Part shown: positions 1 through 18,000 of the stretch, piece by piece
Layout: each line of letters starts with the position of its first letter
Position numbering within the stretch: the first letter of the stretch is position 1
Origin: Tubiluchus corallicola
Taxonomy: Eukaryota; Animalia; Priapulida
Length of the DNA stretch: 34,336 bases
Reading direction: 5' to 3'
NCBI GenBank assembly: GCA_030141605.1
Contig: JAQGDQ010001570.1
Location: 1 to 34,336 of the forward strand
Made by a program: the position numbers and the translations under genes
The notes under the pieces: generated by a model
Seen by the model: the letters and a program-made list of their open reading frames with translations, nothing else
Database searches by the model: none
Told to the model about the DNA's origin: nothing

Positions 1-524
1 GTATGTTGATAGATTTATAATACAAAAGTATTCGTTTCTGATAGAATAATGTTCAGTCATGGGAAAGAAAAGAAGAGGAAAATGTGATTGTCTTTAAATA
101 TTAAGTTAAACTTGCATTATTTTATGTATTTAAGATTATTATTATTATGATTAGAACCTGCTTTCATTCTGCTGGATTTTGATTTTATTTCAATTCGTCA
201 AATTTGTAGGCTGTTGCTGTAGTCGATTTGTTTCACTATTTTGTGTAAATTCGGAGAAAACGAACCATAAAATTTAACAGAACATTGGTTTAAATCAAAA
301 TTTTCAGTTTCAAATCAAATCCTCGTCAATCTAGTAATAACTGATGATGAATTTTATTGGTATAATGATGACTGAAGCAGACAATTTTTTCAGCAGACTT
401 TTGATATCAAGCTAATGATACTATAGTTGCATCACACTCAAACCACCCATGCCCATTCAACACAAAAACGAAAATAATCAGTCAAATTATTTGTAAGTTA
501 AATTGTGAACTTGTCAAAATGCTT

Positions 525-1913
525 TCACGATATACGATAATAAAGTGATTCTATTATGAAAGTGAAGAGTGCTGTGCTCATTCCAAACAGCATTACCCAG
601 AATGCAGCACTAAGTTGGCGTACAGGTATTCCTTGTGCTTCTACTGTTTGAGTGGGTGCGTCCAAACAATATTGTGACAGATATAGCAGCTCCTCTAAAG
701 GCCTTGTTATCATATCACTTTGTAGTAATATAGCGAAGCCGTAGTTTAGTGCTTCTGTGTAATTGCTTTGTCTTGGGACCACAAACGACAACTGCATTGG
801 AGCTGTTGCAACCGGTGCCACAGAAAATCTACATTTCTTATGTAATTTAAGGTCTTGGATCAAAGTTAACTTTGCGTAGGTTCCATCTTGAAAAAATGTG
901 TACCGTCCTGTAGCCATGAGATCTAGTCCTGTAGCCACATCATTCACGGGTACGTGGTCATCAGTTTCCATTTTCCTCCATAGCTTGCCATAATCTGTAT
1001 CAGGTGGACTGTTTTTTAACATGGTAGTAGCAGCAAAGTCTCCAAGAGTGACAGGAACAATGTCACTGTCTACTAATTCTTGCAAAGTAGAGAAGGCATA
1101 CTGTTGCCTGCTTACAAATAGCTTACTGACCAATGTTCCTGTGTACATGGCAACCAGAATAACAGCAAACAACCCCCAGCACCCAATTGTAATCCGAGCA
1201 GGCAGGCGCCACGGTAAATAAGTTCCACCTTGTTGAAGATATGAGGCTAGGGTATATTGAATGTAATATGCTATGCCTGTCTTAGTTGGCCTATGGTTTA
1301 ATTGATTGAAATCATTTTCGTTGTTTGTTGTTTTTGTTTGACAATCAAGGCAGCATAATATTAGTCCAGCCAAGAGTCCATATGCTATCAGAAGCAACCA
1401 AACCGGTGTGCTAAAAGGCTCTGTTAAATTGAATCCTTGTAGCTTATTCCGTTTAGTAATGAACACATATGGGGAATATGCGACTGGATGAAGAAAAGTC
1501 ATGTATTTTGTTCTTTCATAAAGTATTGTCGCCAATCCAAATATGTCTACCTCAGCCTTTTCCATCACAGTTTCTGGTCTTTCCATAGCTTCAATGGCCT
1601 TTATGTTAAAGCTGAAGTTTAATGCATTACTTAGTAACAGAATCACGTTGGTTGTGAAATTTGCAAGGGGATCATCGTCCCAAATCCCCACTGCAAGTTG
1701 AGCACCTTTAAGCGAGTAGTCCTGTGCATCCTGTTTGTTTTCATGAAATGCCACACATCCTTTTTGACTGCAGTTCTTTTGATCTCGGAGGTACTTAAGA
1801 GGAGCGACTTTTCGCTTTTTGTCCAATTTGATTTTGCATTCACTGATGCAAAGTACTGCCGATTGAAAGATAGCGACACTAGTAAGAAAAAGTAGCGCCC
1901 GTTTGGAAACCAT
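525..1913 (-). CDS. Divergent ionotropic receptor (IR / variant iGluR), intronless, 462 aa, no amino-terminal domain
   Basis: ATG-initiated ORF. Hydrophobic signal-like N-terminus; S1 (..DIFGLATILYERTKYMTFLHP..); M1 (PFSTPVWLLLIAYGLL..); pore loop (LASYLQQG); M3 (ARITIGCWGLFAVILVAMYTGTLVSKL, cf. SYTANLAAF); S2 (STLQELVDS..FFQDG..C..F); M4 (AAFWVMLFGMSTALFTFIIE). Confidence 0.9.
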   Translation of the reverse strand: MVSKRALLFLTSVAIFQSAVLCISECKIKLDKKRKVAPLKYLRDQKNCSQKGCVAFHENKQDAQDYSLKGAQLAVGIWDDDPLANFTTNVILLLSNALNFSFNIKAIEAMERPETVMEKAEVDIFGLATILYERTKYMTFLHPVAYSPYVFITKRNKLQGFNLTEPFSTPVWLLLIAYGLLAGLILCCLDCQTKTTNNENDFNQLNHRPTKTGIAYYIQYTLASYLQQGGTYLPWRLPARITIGCWGLFAVILVAMYTGTLVSKLFVSRQQYAFSTLQELVDSDIVPVTLGDFAATTMLKNSPPDTDYGKLWRKMETDDHVPVNDVATGLDLMATGRYTFFQDGTYAKLTLIQDLKLHKKCRFSVAPVATAPMQLSFVVPRQSNYTEALNYGFAILLQSDMITRPLEELLYLSQYCLDAPTQTVEAQGIPVRQLSAAFWVMLFGMSTALFTFIIESLYYRIS

Positions 1914-3797
1914 TTCACTGCAAATCGTGTTACTTCATTCTTCTTCAACGACTGAAAGCATTTGTCATTCTGTTTTACTTTTTGCTTGACTGTCCATTGT
2001 TGTTCAACATGCAAGCCATTTACTGATTGCTATAATAGTTTCCATAATCAACAAACTGTTGGTTTTCTGGACAGAAAACAAACTTTATGTGTGTATAAGA
2101 TAAACAAGAATGACAGAAGTAAACAAAAAGATCTGCATATAGCAAAATAAACATTGCTTTCAAAAGGGCATCTGCATCAGTCATTGGTCATTATACCAAT
2201 AAAATTATCATCAGTTATCATTAGCTTGATTATAACTTAATTAATTAAAATTATATTTAGATTATAAATTAAAACTCAGAAATTTGGGTTAAAACAATGT
2301 TCTGTAAATATTAATTTGCCTCCATTAGCTGACTGTCACAGTATTTGCACAAAATAATGAATCCATATAAAGTCGTGTAGAGGACAATTAGAAAGTATTG
2401 AATAAAATACTCGTCTCAAGGAAACCTCAGTCATAAATGATAAAACGTTTCGTTTTAATTACACTAATCATTTGGCATGCGTTTTTCGCTTAACGTCAAA
2501 TGTTTTGTTTTAACGACCTTTACTTTAAGCGCTAAAATCGTGTTCACTACTTAACCCAGATTATGGTAGGACATGACAGCAGACAATCAGACACTTCTAG
2601 TCAGGCCACAATTATTCACTGATTTCCCACGTTTAAATAACATTCTGCTTGATAAAATGCAAGAGTTTGGGTTGACAAAACTCTCATGTTACGTGGTTAA
2701 TTGCACTACGTTCACCTCATTTGCGTTTAACTGAGGGAAAACATAGCACAAAAGTAAAATAGGATGCAGCAGACACAATGCAATGCTGCAAGGAAGTGTA
2801 GACTTACAAAAAAAATCAAAACAATCGACAACAGATTCTTTTATTAAAAAGCTAATGAAAAAAGGAGGAAGAAGAGGAAAAATGGCTGAAGAAGGAGAGG
2901 AGGCTGGGTTTCAAATTTAAATTTTAGTTGTAATTATTCAATACACTGAAGCTTTTTAATTAAACAAATACTGTGTGAACCTTATAAAGTATTTAAAGGA
3001 AGACAGGATAATTTTTTTATATTCTACTCCATTTTCAAGTCCCAAATAGTACTTTTAACACCGATAATACTGCAAAGCGTTTTTGATAATTAAATAATAG
3101 ATTAAAATCTTAAATAATGGTGGACGAGTGCAACTACTGATAGCATCACAAATGAACATTATTTTCAACAGCAAAAATATTCCACGAGCGTGTTGCACTT
3201 GTTTGCGAAAGCGAAAGTTGAAGTGCAGTCCTAGTGTAAGATGTTGTACTAAAACTAGGCAAGTTTTAAGATAAAAATTCAAATTTTAAATTTACTGCTG
3301 CACTCAGGCATGAGCTATCGAACATGCGCAGTTCGTCACAAAGTAACACATCTGAACTGAGAAGTACAGCACCTGTTTTTTGTGCAATGCACTTCCGAAA
3401 TGCAGGCGCTAGTACCTGTTTAACCAGCGAATGGCGAGTGGCATGAACGTGAACTGGCATTATGTGGTAATAATTATTTCACCTAAGTCTCATTTTGAAA
3501 AAGTGGTATGTTTCAATATTTTAAAGAGTGGATTGTTTTAACCTGCAGTTTGAGATTGGGACGGGTTTTGCTTTAAATTTATGAGTGAAACGTTACAGAT
3601 TTTTCTCTTGCAACGTAACTGAACCCTTTTACATAGCTACCCTTAAGTGATTTTTCCCTGCTGCAGGCACCTTAGCCAAGCACTATTAACTTTTGTTGCT
3701 GGAATGTAACTAAATGCTTTTACTTTATTTCTTATTGAAAGCAATGTTTCGTTTAGCGACGTTTTGCTAAACAACGCGTGTTGCTGGTATGCCTTAC

Positions 3798-4200
3798 TAT
3801 TATTATTATTTATTTTATTTCAGACATTTACAGTCCTTAGAACAAGAATAAAAAGAAGGCACAAGTAAAAACACTGAGTTAGTTTACAGAAACATAGTAA
3901 GCTTATATACGAAAGGGTTAGTTAGAGTGGGTAAATAAAATTCATTGCCAAGACTTAAAAATGTTCGATCTGAAAATTGTATCAGTATTGTACAGCAAAT
4001 TATTCTGACTCAAAAACAGCCTACTTCTGAGACTAAAAATGCAGCTTTCCTACGTATGCATGAAAAACTTGGTACTAATTTTGTAGCTCTACGTTGAACA
4101 GATTCCACTTTTCTTATGGCATTCTGTCTAGATGGATGCATTCCAGTATTGCAATAAGACTGTGTTAAAAGTGCTACAAAAAGTCTCCTCTTCACATTCG
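3798..4200 (-). mobile_element. Decayed 3' fragment of a CR1/L2/Jockey-type LINE
   Basis: Minus-strand AIRKVESVQRRATKLVP (post-RT motif LERVQRRATK.VP) followed by a (TAA)n/A-rich tail; boundaries approximate. Confidence 0.7.
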
Positions 4201-4408
4201 CATGGTCAAGCGAACACTTACTGCACTTTAAAATTCCCTTTTATTCTCCAATAAGCTCTCGTGGGTTGCCATAGCAACTTTTGTAAAATTTTCCGAAATC
4301 GTAACCGGTATGTAACCACTCTGCCATGAAACCTGCAACGAATGTTCAACAGACTTGAGCTTTTTGTTCACTAGATCATTTAACCATCCATTCTTTGCAT
4401 TTTTTCAG

Positions 4409-9690
<5,282 letters not shown>

Positions 9691-10549
9691 TTTGCCTGAC
9701 ACTCTGACGAGTTTTCATCATTGTCAGTATAAATCTTTGCTGCGTTTGTACAGCGTGTTTCCATCCTGCCCTCTGATTGGCCAACGCGGTAAGGAAACAA
9801 AAACCGAGGGTAAATTTTTTCTAATTTTACGAAAAAGAGCATAAATGTGACAATGTTGAGATTAAATTTTGTGTCATTCTTGTTCACAATGAGATTACTA
9901 CTTCGTACCATGACGCATGTTAATTGACACGGGTTAGTAAGCGAATATATTGTTACGCTGTATATTTCCTAAATTATCACATTGCTTGTTTGCATACATG
10001 TTTTTAACTGAGCATATGCCTCTGTTAGTGGTAGAAATGGTGTCGGTTCCGTCCATGTTGTGTTATTAATTAATGCATCGTAGTCTAGTTTTTTAGTGTA
10101 TAAGTCAACGTTTGACTGACAAGACCTCACGTCTGTAGTTTACATATCTGTAAAAACAGAGTTAAATGTTGTTGCACACTTTATTACCAAGTACGTGGAT
10201 TGTTCCGTGGTGGTGACTAGTAGCTCTATACGAAAAATTTTGTTTCTTTTGATTGTGCAAAAAAATGGAACAATTGCCCACACCATTTAAATACCCTAAC
10301 CCTAATCTCTTTCACGTACTAATATCTTGTGTCTGGGGAATTGCAAATTTTGGGCAAAAAATCTTCACACATATTCATGCGTGTATTGCAAAATGTAACT
10401 ATTGTTGGAATGTTTACAAGATTTGGATTGAATTAGTGCATAACATCGAGTGTTATGCTATGGAATGGTTGTATATATTATCACTAGTATGCTGTGTAGG
10501 TTTATTGCTAATCTGTCGGGATTATAGGTTATTTTTTAAAAAAATTGTA

Positions 10550-11269
10550 CAGTCTAGCCTCGTTATCTCGCCACTGTCCATCTAGGGCAAATTTTTGGCG
10601 AGAGGCAAGTATGGCGAGATAACAGGAATATAACGAAGTTAGTCTATATGTATATACATAATAGTTGATCGCTATTATATCTCCTACACTTCTCCGGCTA
10701 ACAGTGTCACCAAATTTCGCACTAAATACAGTAGCAATTTCCTGCTGTGTCTTTGAAGAATTATTCGTATGATAAATACAAATTTCCTTTTTTTGTTCAG
10801 GATCAAGACAAAACAGTTTTCGCTTCAGAGACATCATGTAAAGTTGCTCACACTTTGTGGAAACTCAAAACTTAAACGCAGCTTTGGTGTGATAGAGTAA
10901 GGATATCGGTGACGCTTTAGTTTCTCTGCGCATTAACCAACCACAGCACTCCTAATCTAATCCTGGTGAGACACACACTAGATTAATTATGTCTGTCTAT
11001 CGAGTACAGCAGCATTGTCTACATACCGCGGTTATATTGATCGACACGCGGTATATGTATTGATCGATTCACCTCTGAGTTTGTCTGTTTGGCGACATAA
11101 CGAATATAGTTTACATAAGCACTCATCCTAGCATGACGTGGCGAGGGCGAGAAGCGAGGGTGGCGACTTAACGAGGTAATTATCAAAGCAGGAAATGCGT
11201 CCTGGTACTTTCTATGGCGAGAGACGAGTTTGGCGGCATAACGAGGGGCGAGATAACGAGGCTAGACTG
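10550..11269 (-). mobile_element. Tigger/pogo (Tc1-mariner superfamily) internal-deletion element retaining the transposase N-terminus
   Basis: 23-bp perfect TIR CAGTCTAGCCTCGTTATCTCGCC, TA TSDs, repeated subterminal GGCGAnATAACGAG-like motifs; - strand ORF from 10837 encodes a CENP-B/psq-type HTH (KRK..L.PEQKKEIC..TQQEIA..F...VSRRSVGDII). Confidence 0.9.
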
Positions 11270-12107
11270 TATATGGTTTACGTACTACAGATTTGTGATA
11301 GTAAAGATCACTATTACTGACTTCTCATTACACAACACTTTGGCTGTGGCTGTCCGGTATTGTTAAAATCGGACAAGTTAATTATATAGTAGTGCCATTG
11401 TAGTATTATTTTAAATATCTGTTATTTTCTCTCAAAACGATTGTAGCCGCTTTGCGACAACATGTCCAATAGCGAGGTGCAAATAACTAACTCAAACATT
11501 GAAAATTTGGGTTAATGAGAAATCGTACAAACTACGTATAGATTAAACTAAGTAATTGTGTTATATTTTTCGTGAGTAGAAAAAGTAATTTTATTACGAG
11601 ATGTGTTGCTGCTCACACTGATGGGTGAAGTATCATCTAACAGTGTGAAAATGTTGTTTGAATTTCCAGGCACAAATTTTAATAGAAATGGCAATATCAG
11701 TTTTGCTATTAGTAGTATAATCAAGGTCGTATTATGAACTTTTTCGGTACCTTGGGCTAATGAAATTATGGAGCCGCCATCACATGCAGCCACCCTCTAA
11801 CACACCCGCCCCTTATTGAATATTTTTTATTCGTGATATACTTTAGCATGACCTATTTATGGGTTGAAGTAAACTTATTGCAAATTCTTTAAATAAACTA
11901 GAATAGCTATCTTTTGTTTGTCAATAAAAATATTCTTTAGCAAGTGCCACTATTTTACCATTTATTGCAAAGTAAATTAGCATATATTTTAATATTTTAA
12001 CACAACCGTGGTGAAAAAACTGATTTTTTTTTATAACAAATGTTACTAAAGCTTGAGGGGCTCTAGGCTGCAGCCTATAATTATGATAATCCGGCCCTGG
12101 ATATGAC

Positions 12108-12527
12108 TAGGGTTGCCAGATTAGAAAATTAAAAATGCTCGACACTCTTAAAATCTCTCTCTCTGTTACTAAATATATATGTATTTATACATGCCTACAC
12201 ACCCAGACAAATATATTATATAAAAGTAGAGAAGTTAAAAACATAAAGCCAGTTACAAACAGGCAGCAAACACACGTGAATTTTGTGAAAACATCTAGCA
12301 ACACTAGTCTCCTTGTTACGTTCGGGTTATTTTCATCAAGAAAATCTAAGTTAAGAAAACATAATTACTTATAAAGTTACAACTAAGAACCATAAGAAGG
12401 CAATAAAAATATATTTTTAATACGAAATTTGAAAATGAACTAAATACGGGGCATTTCTCGTATTTATCAGGACAAAATTATCAAATATGGAACATGCCTC
12501 GTATATAAGGGACGTCTGGCAACCCTA
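12108..12527. mobile_element. hAT (Blackjack-like) MITE
   Basis: 13-bp perfect TIR TAGGGTTGCCAGA; 8-bp TSD GATATGAC/GGTATGAC (7/8). Confidence 0.85.
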
Positions 12528-14025
12528 GGTATGACCCGTATATAACATGGTGAGATCATCTCGTTTATGGCAACATGGTTTTTTTTGTTTTTCATTTAAT
12601 AATCTCAGGGTTTTAACACCAGATGTTGATCTCATGAACAATGGCTAACTGTTGTAGAAGGACATTTTATTGAATTAAAAAACTGTGATTTTTATGTAGA
12701 ATTTTCTCATACTTTATTATCATCGTACATCTTTACTATCCGTGATAATGACATGTTCTGTGTTAAGTTAACGTTTTATTCGTCGCATTTGGAGTTTTAT
12801 TTTTATTTTTTGGTAATTTATAAACCTTTCGTCCACTGTCTTGCTACTCATTGTACGTAAATGTATTCGCTTATCTATAATTATCATCGTAGGCTTCTAT
12901 TTCAATACTACATATAAGTTCACATAGATGTATTTTCTCACTTAACAGTATTACACAAGTTTCAGTATCTGAAAATATGAACAGTAGTAGCACTTCACCT
13001 ACATTCCGTTTAACTTATTTTTGCTCAATTTTACTATTATTTAATTTTTGGTTGCTATGGATACTATTTTAAACTTATTTAAATGACAAGAAAACTGATG
13101 ATGTCATAAGAAATGTTATTGTATTTGAGACTAGAAGGCAGCTTCATGACAATAAACTACACATGGAAATTATGTACATACATGCAGATTGTTTGAAGTA
13201 TTTATATTTTCATTGATTAGCATTTGCCCAAAATTCGTTGATAAATTTCTTGAAGAACATGTTCTTAATGTTCAACTTGAATTTCATTCTTAGTATTAAG
13301 ATTCAATAAATAGGAAAGGACTCAAATATAGATGCATGCTGTTTAAGCTAAAAAAGACTTAATATTTGGTTTCTTCAATTCACGTGCAGTATAATGTATC
13401 CTATGGCACAGAAAAAAATGTGCCAAAGTTCAGGCTACAATAATATCAGAAGCGTGATATTACGATACATTAACTATTGGCTGTGAAAGCTACAAATTTA
13501 TACATTTAGTAGTTTTAAAGTTATGAACAAAACACTTTTGCATGTGAAAAATTTAAGTGCCGGAACAATGTCAGCTAATCATTAATTGAAAAACGGCCAT
13601 GTTGACGTATAAAACACTCGATACACGGAACAAAACAATAAAGAAATGAAATTAATTTACATCATGGTTTTCACAACAAGAAATTAAACATTGATCAAGA
13701 TTTGTTAACAATAAAGACTTGACCGTCTGGTCTAGGTTGCCTGGAAAAAACTTGAAGAGAAAGCGTTGGAAGACCGCACAGAGCCATTTGATAAAGAGAA
13801 ACAAGGCAAAAGTTGTTGAGTGTTGGGATCAAATACTCATTGAATAAGTAAGAAACTGTATCAGCTGTTGGAAGAAAGTCTTTTGTCTAGTTTGCCTTGA
13901 AAATGATAAGTACATAGAGCACTTGTTGTAAACTTCAGCAATAGTGAAAAAACTTCCGGCATTTTTTTGACTTGTTGTTTTAAAACTTCAATATCTTTAA
14001 AAACATACAGGACAACAGCCTAAGG

Positions 14026-14526
14026 CAGGGGTGTGCAAATTGCGGCCCGCGGGCCACTTGCGGTCCGCCGAGAGAATTTCTGCAGCCCGCGAAGAGATTT
14101 GTCAACCTAATGAAAGTGCGGCCCGGGAGATTAATTGAGTGTATCCAGCTGAAGTCCATGCCACGATCCCAAAGATAGTGCGGGTAGTTTTAAACTACTA
14201 GATTGGATGCCACTAACCCTTACAAGACGGTTGTAGCTTAACAACACTGTACTACACAGACTGTGTGATACACATTACTAATATGCATTATAGTGAAATT
14301 ACCACTATCTGTCCTGAAAGCAGAAATATATGGTTTGTAATATAAATTTTAATAACTTCTAAAATAGTTTCTTGAGTGTAGTAGTAATGATGTACGCAGG
14401 TCGGATGCAAAAAAATCGTTATTAGGCCTTTCTGTACTTGGCTCCTTGATCAAACTGCCTGTGGCCTGCAGGAATTGTGGGAAAGTTTAATGTGGCCCGG
14501 CTAGTCAGATAATTTGCAGAACCCTG
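14026..14526 (+). mobile_element. hAT (Charlie-like) MITE, copy A
   Basis: TIR CAGGGGTGTGCAAA / TTTGCAGAACCCTG; perfect TSD GCCTAAGG; GGCCCGCGGGCC subterminal motif; closely similar inverted copy at 18043-18542. Confidence 0.92.
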
Positions 14527-14829
14527 GCCTAAGGTTTTTGGCATTCATAGATAAATGTCAGTGTATGTGTATTTTATTTATTTAAACAATGTATATGTAA
14601 ACATCAGTGTGGTAATTTTTAAACGATTCCGTTACTTTCTCATAATATTGTGATCAAAACTTTACTACACTTTTTCTTCAAAAAACACCTGACCTATGTA
14701 ATCATGCTTAGAAATTTCACGAAATAGCAATACAGCAATCATTATATTTTATACAAAATAAACTTACACATATATGTAACACATGGAATGTGCACACACA
14801 AGTCCACGTAGACATTCGACTTGGATAAA

Positions 14830-14835
14830 TTTATT
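14830..14835 (-). promoter_or_regulatory. Candidate polyadenylation signal AATAAA for SRRD
   Basis: First AATAAA on the - strand, about 37 nt after the stop; AT-rich context makes chance matches common. Confidence 0.35.
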
Positions 14836-14871
14836 AATTACTAACAAGATTTAAATGCGTATCTCACATTG

Positions 14872-15066
14872 CTAAGAGTTGCCCTTGTCACTGTTAGCCA
14901 ATATGATCTCGTTATCACTATATGCAGGTTCAGGGCCTCGAATCCAAAAGTCCACAGGATAAATATCACAGCTCTGAGACGGGAAAACGTGCACGGACGT
15001 GTCGTTAAAAATGTCTGCATACCGGAAACAGTTTTCCACGGGCTTTTCTAACACGTACGGAAGTAT
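14872..15066 (-). CDS. SRRD: SRRD terminal coding exon
   Basis: tttttAG acceptor, ILPYVLE...DIFNDTSVH...TAG. Confidence 0.9.
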   Translation of the reverse strand: MLPYVLEKPVENCFRYADIFNDTSVHVFPSQSCDIYPVDFWIRGPEPAYSDNEIILANSDKGNS

Positions 15067-18000
15067 CTAAAAAAAGAGAAAGACTTGCAAGTGCTAACAG
15101 AAACAAAAATAAATAACAACAGAAACTTTCTTTTCTTAATGCTGAGCATAGGCAATCCATGTGGCAACATTGGTAAGGTACACCCAGTGTTTAACAGCAA
15201 GATATCCTTGAATTCAACAACATGGTGCAGCACGTATTCAGTAAGTACCAATACATTTTTAATTTTATCGTCCTTTTAAATTTTTATCAGTCAGAATGTA
15301 ATAATTTTAATTTTTTAAATACATCACGTATGCTGAACTGCAATCAATTCTAGATTACATTGTACAGTGGACTCTCGTTATAAGAATCACCTCGGGAGAA
15401 GGCAAAGTGATTCTTATAACGAGCATGACTCAGAATTGCTTTAAAATTTTTATGCACATAAAAATTATTTATTTCCCGAAATTACGCTAGAAACGACATG
15501 AAACAGCACAATGTTTTTCTGGCCTAAAAAGGACCTAAAAATTCCTAGACTAATGTTTTTATTTCATGGTTGGGTAAATATTTCATGATGCCAGAATTGC
15601 CTTAAAATTTTTTTAATGCACATAATTTTTTTTCCGAAATTGTGCTGGAGACGACAGAAAACTCTACATCTACTGCTTGAAAAATATCGATAGCTTGCTT
15701 TGCTTCATTTCTCCTCTGGTGAGGCGGTCAATTTCGGCTCCCAACCGGCTCCCGGCGCCAAAATTGATTCTACTGTCGAAAGAAGGGCGATTCTTATACG
15801 AGCGGATTTTCACTAGGAAAATGCCGATTCAATTCGGGAAACGCGATTTTGATTCTTATATCGAGCTGATTCTTATACGTGTGATGAGAGTCCACTGTAA
15901 CATGTTAATATTCAAGAAACTGTACTTACTGATTATATGTTTTATCAGAAATACTAGGCTCCTTTTTACTATTGTTATGTTGTTTTATTACTAATCGTGT
16001 AAACAATCTTGACTCATAATATGTTTTTTAAGAAATAATATTCGAAATAAAATAATAATTATTGTGAGTGCTTGTATAAGTAGGTGCCTCCAGTGCACTG
16101 CTTTGCCAATGGGCTTATAATGCTGTTAAGGCGGCCCTGATTCGAAAAACCATAAATCTAACCATAAAAATTTATTTAGTTATTAATAATCTTAGAATCA
16201 TTGTAATTGTAACTTCTTTACATAGCATTCCCGATCTGTTGAGGCATTGAAGATGGAGTAGAACAGTACCTACAAATTCTAACAGCGGTGTAACAAGTGT
16301 CATGCAAAAGGCGTGCCGCATTTCAATGTTGTTCTAATGAAACTGAATATAGCGCCATCAGTGGGAGAGAAGAGTACAAGCACTAAATTGCATTTAAAGT
16401 TCAATGTAAAAAAACAATATAGGAAAATGATGGTAGATGGCGAAAGATGCAGAACCTATTGTTTATCGCGTATAGGTAAAAGTCTAACACAGCATTCAGA
16501 CTAGTTGGTGAGTTTTCTCTCTGTCAGCAAACTTGCCAGTGTGAACTGCTTTATGAGTTACTGCCGGCAAGTTATTGTAAACTCTTCGACGACTGCTGCG
16601 AGTTGATTTACTGTCTAGTGTGAACGACTGGGTGAGTTGCTGTCTCGTAGCTAATAGAGTAGTGAGTGACAGCTTGTGCTTATTGTTAAGCAGTAACTCG
16701 CGCCAAATTTTGCTCTCTAGCCTTCTTAACACTCCTGCTAGTTGCTTAGTGAATTTCTTGGCAAGTTTACTAGGCGAGAAAACTCGCTAGCCTGACTTCC
16801 AGGTGCAACCTGCACTAAAACAGAAAGAATTGTAATGCGGAAAATTACGAAAAATGTGACTAGTTCATAAAATTCATAGTAAAACTCCGAAGTTTCTTTT
16901 ATTCTAGACTGAATAGGGCATTATGAAGTGCAAATTCATTGAACTTAACCCTTCTGCTTTGCATCAACCGTCCTTGAATTTTTTGTTTCATACATTTTAA
17001 CACAATACATGCCAGAATTCTGCACTTAATGACAGATCCTACAGACAGGACCAGTACCTAACGCATTATAAAAAAAAATTCTCTCAGACAAGATACATAA
17101 CTGGCAGAAGCAGTGTCTGAGCCACCATTCATATACTAACTGAGCTGAATGCTGCTTACCTTTGTAACAAAGCACACGAAGTAACCATTTTGTCATTCTC
17201 GCTGCCACAAATATAACTTACATGGATAATTAGTTAAACAAATGGAAATTATTGTAATGGAATTATACAAATACTGCTAAAACCAACATACCTTCAGCAC
17301 AAATGGAGCTTTTTGACGGAGAAGTCGGGACGGGACTGATTCAGCCATATGCTGAAAACTGTTGCCTAGAATCACAAGTTTGTTTAATTCTCCCGGCTCC
17401 CAGTTTGCCCACAGCACGTTATTGTACAGTGGCTTGCCGCAGTGGGGCATGTAGAATAACGTAGGTTTTCCTGAAACCTTACGCTTGCCCTCCTGAAAAT
17501 TAAAACCAGTGAAGAGAATGTTTACTACACAGTATGACAGCTTTCCAGAATTTCAGAAATGATACTGAAAGATTTAGAAATGATATCTAAGAAATAAATT
17601 TCTTAGATACTTAGGAATCACAGCATTCAGCACAACTTATTTTTTTATATAAAACTTCTCAAACAAGCCCAGTTTTCATTAGGGGCGAGCATTCTCTACC
17701 AAAAAGCAAATTCGAAATGAAAAGAAAATGTGACTTTCAAACTAGAATCAAACCAAATTTCAGTACTTTTGTATCCGAATCAAGTTTCAAAGACCTTTGG
17801 ACAAATTTTCGAATCACTAATAAAAAGCGGCCTCACAAAAATCACGCTATTACTTCATTTTGTCTTGCAGCAAAATTGTACCGACAGTATACGATTTCAA
17901 ACTTTTTGATGATAAAGAACGTATGTAATTAAAGTACTGAATTATTCGAATCTATAAATTTATGTTTGAATCAAATTCAAACCAAAAAAACTCGTTCAAA

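Noticed and set aside
1021-2150. Short ORFs overlapping the IR gene
   Set aside because: Antisense or alternate-frame shadows of the real CDS.
3525-3580. VDCFNLQF as the missing EDCLYLN exon of the esterase-like gene
   Set aside because: Poor motif match and no suitable acceptor or phase-1 donor.
11750-12099. Possible hAT/Tip100 element ending AATCCGGCCCTG; shares GGCTAATGAAATTATGG with an inverted match near 33620; similar orphan end at 16139
   Set aside because: Probably real remnants, but the partner terminus and TSD could not be defined, so not annotated.
13090-13125. CTGATGA...GAAA as a minimal hammerhead ribozyme (also CTGATGAGAAAC near 23924)
   Set aside because: No pairable stems I-III around the core; the second lies within LINE coding remnant.
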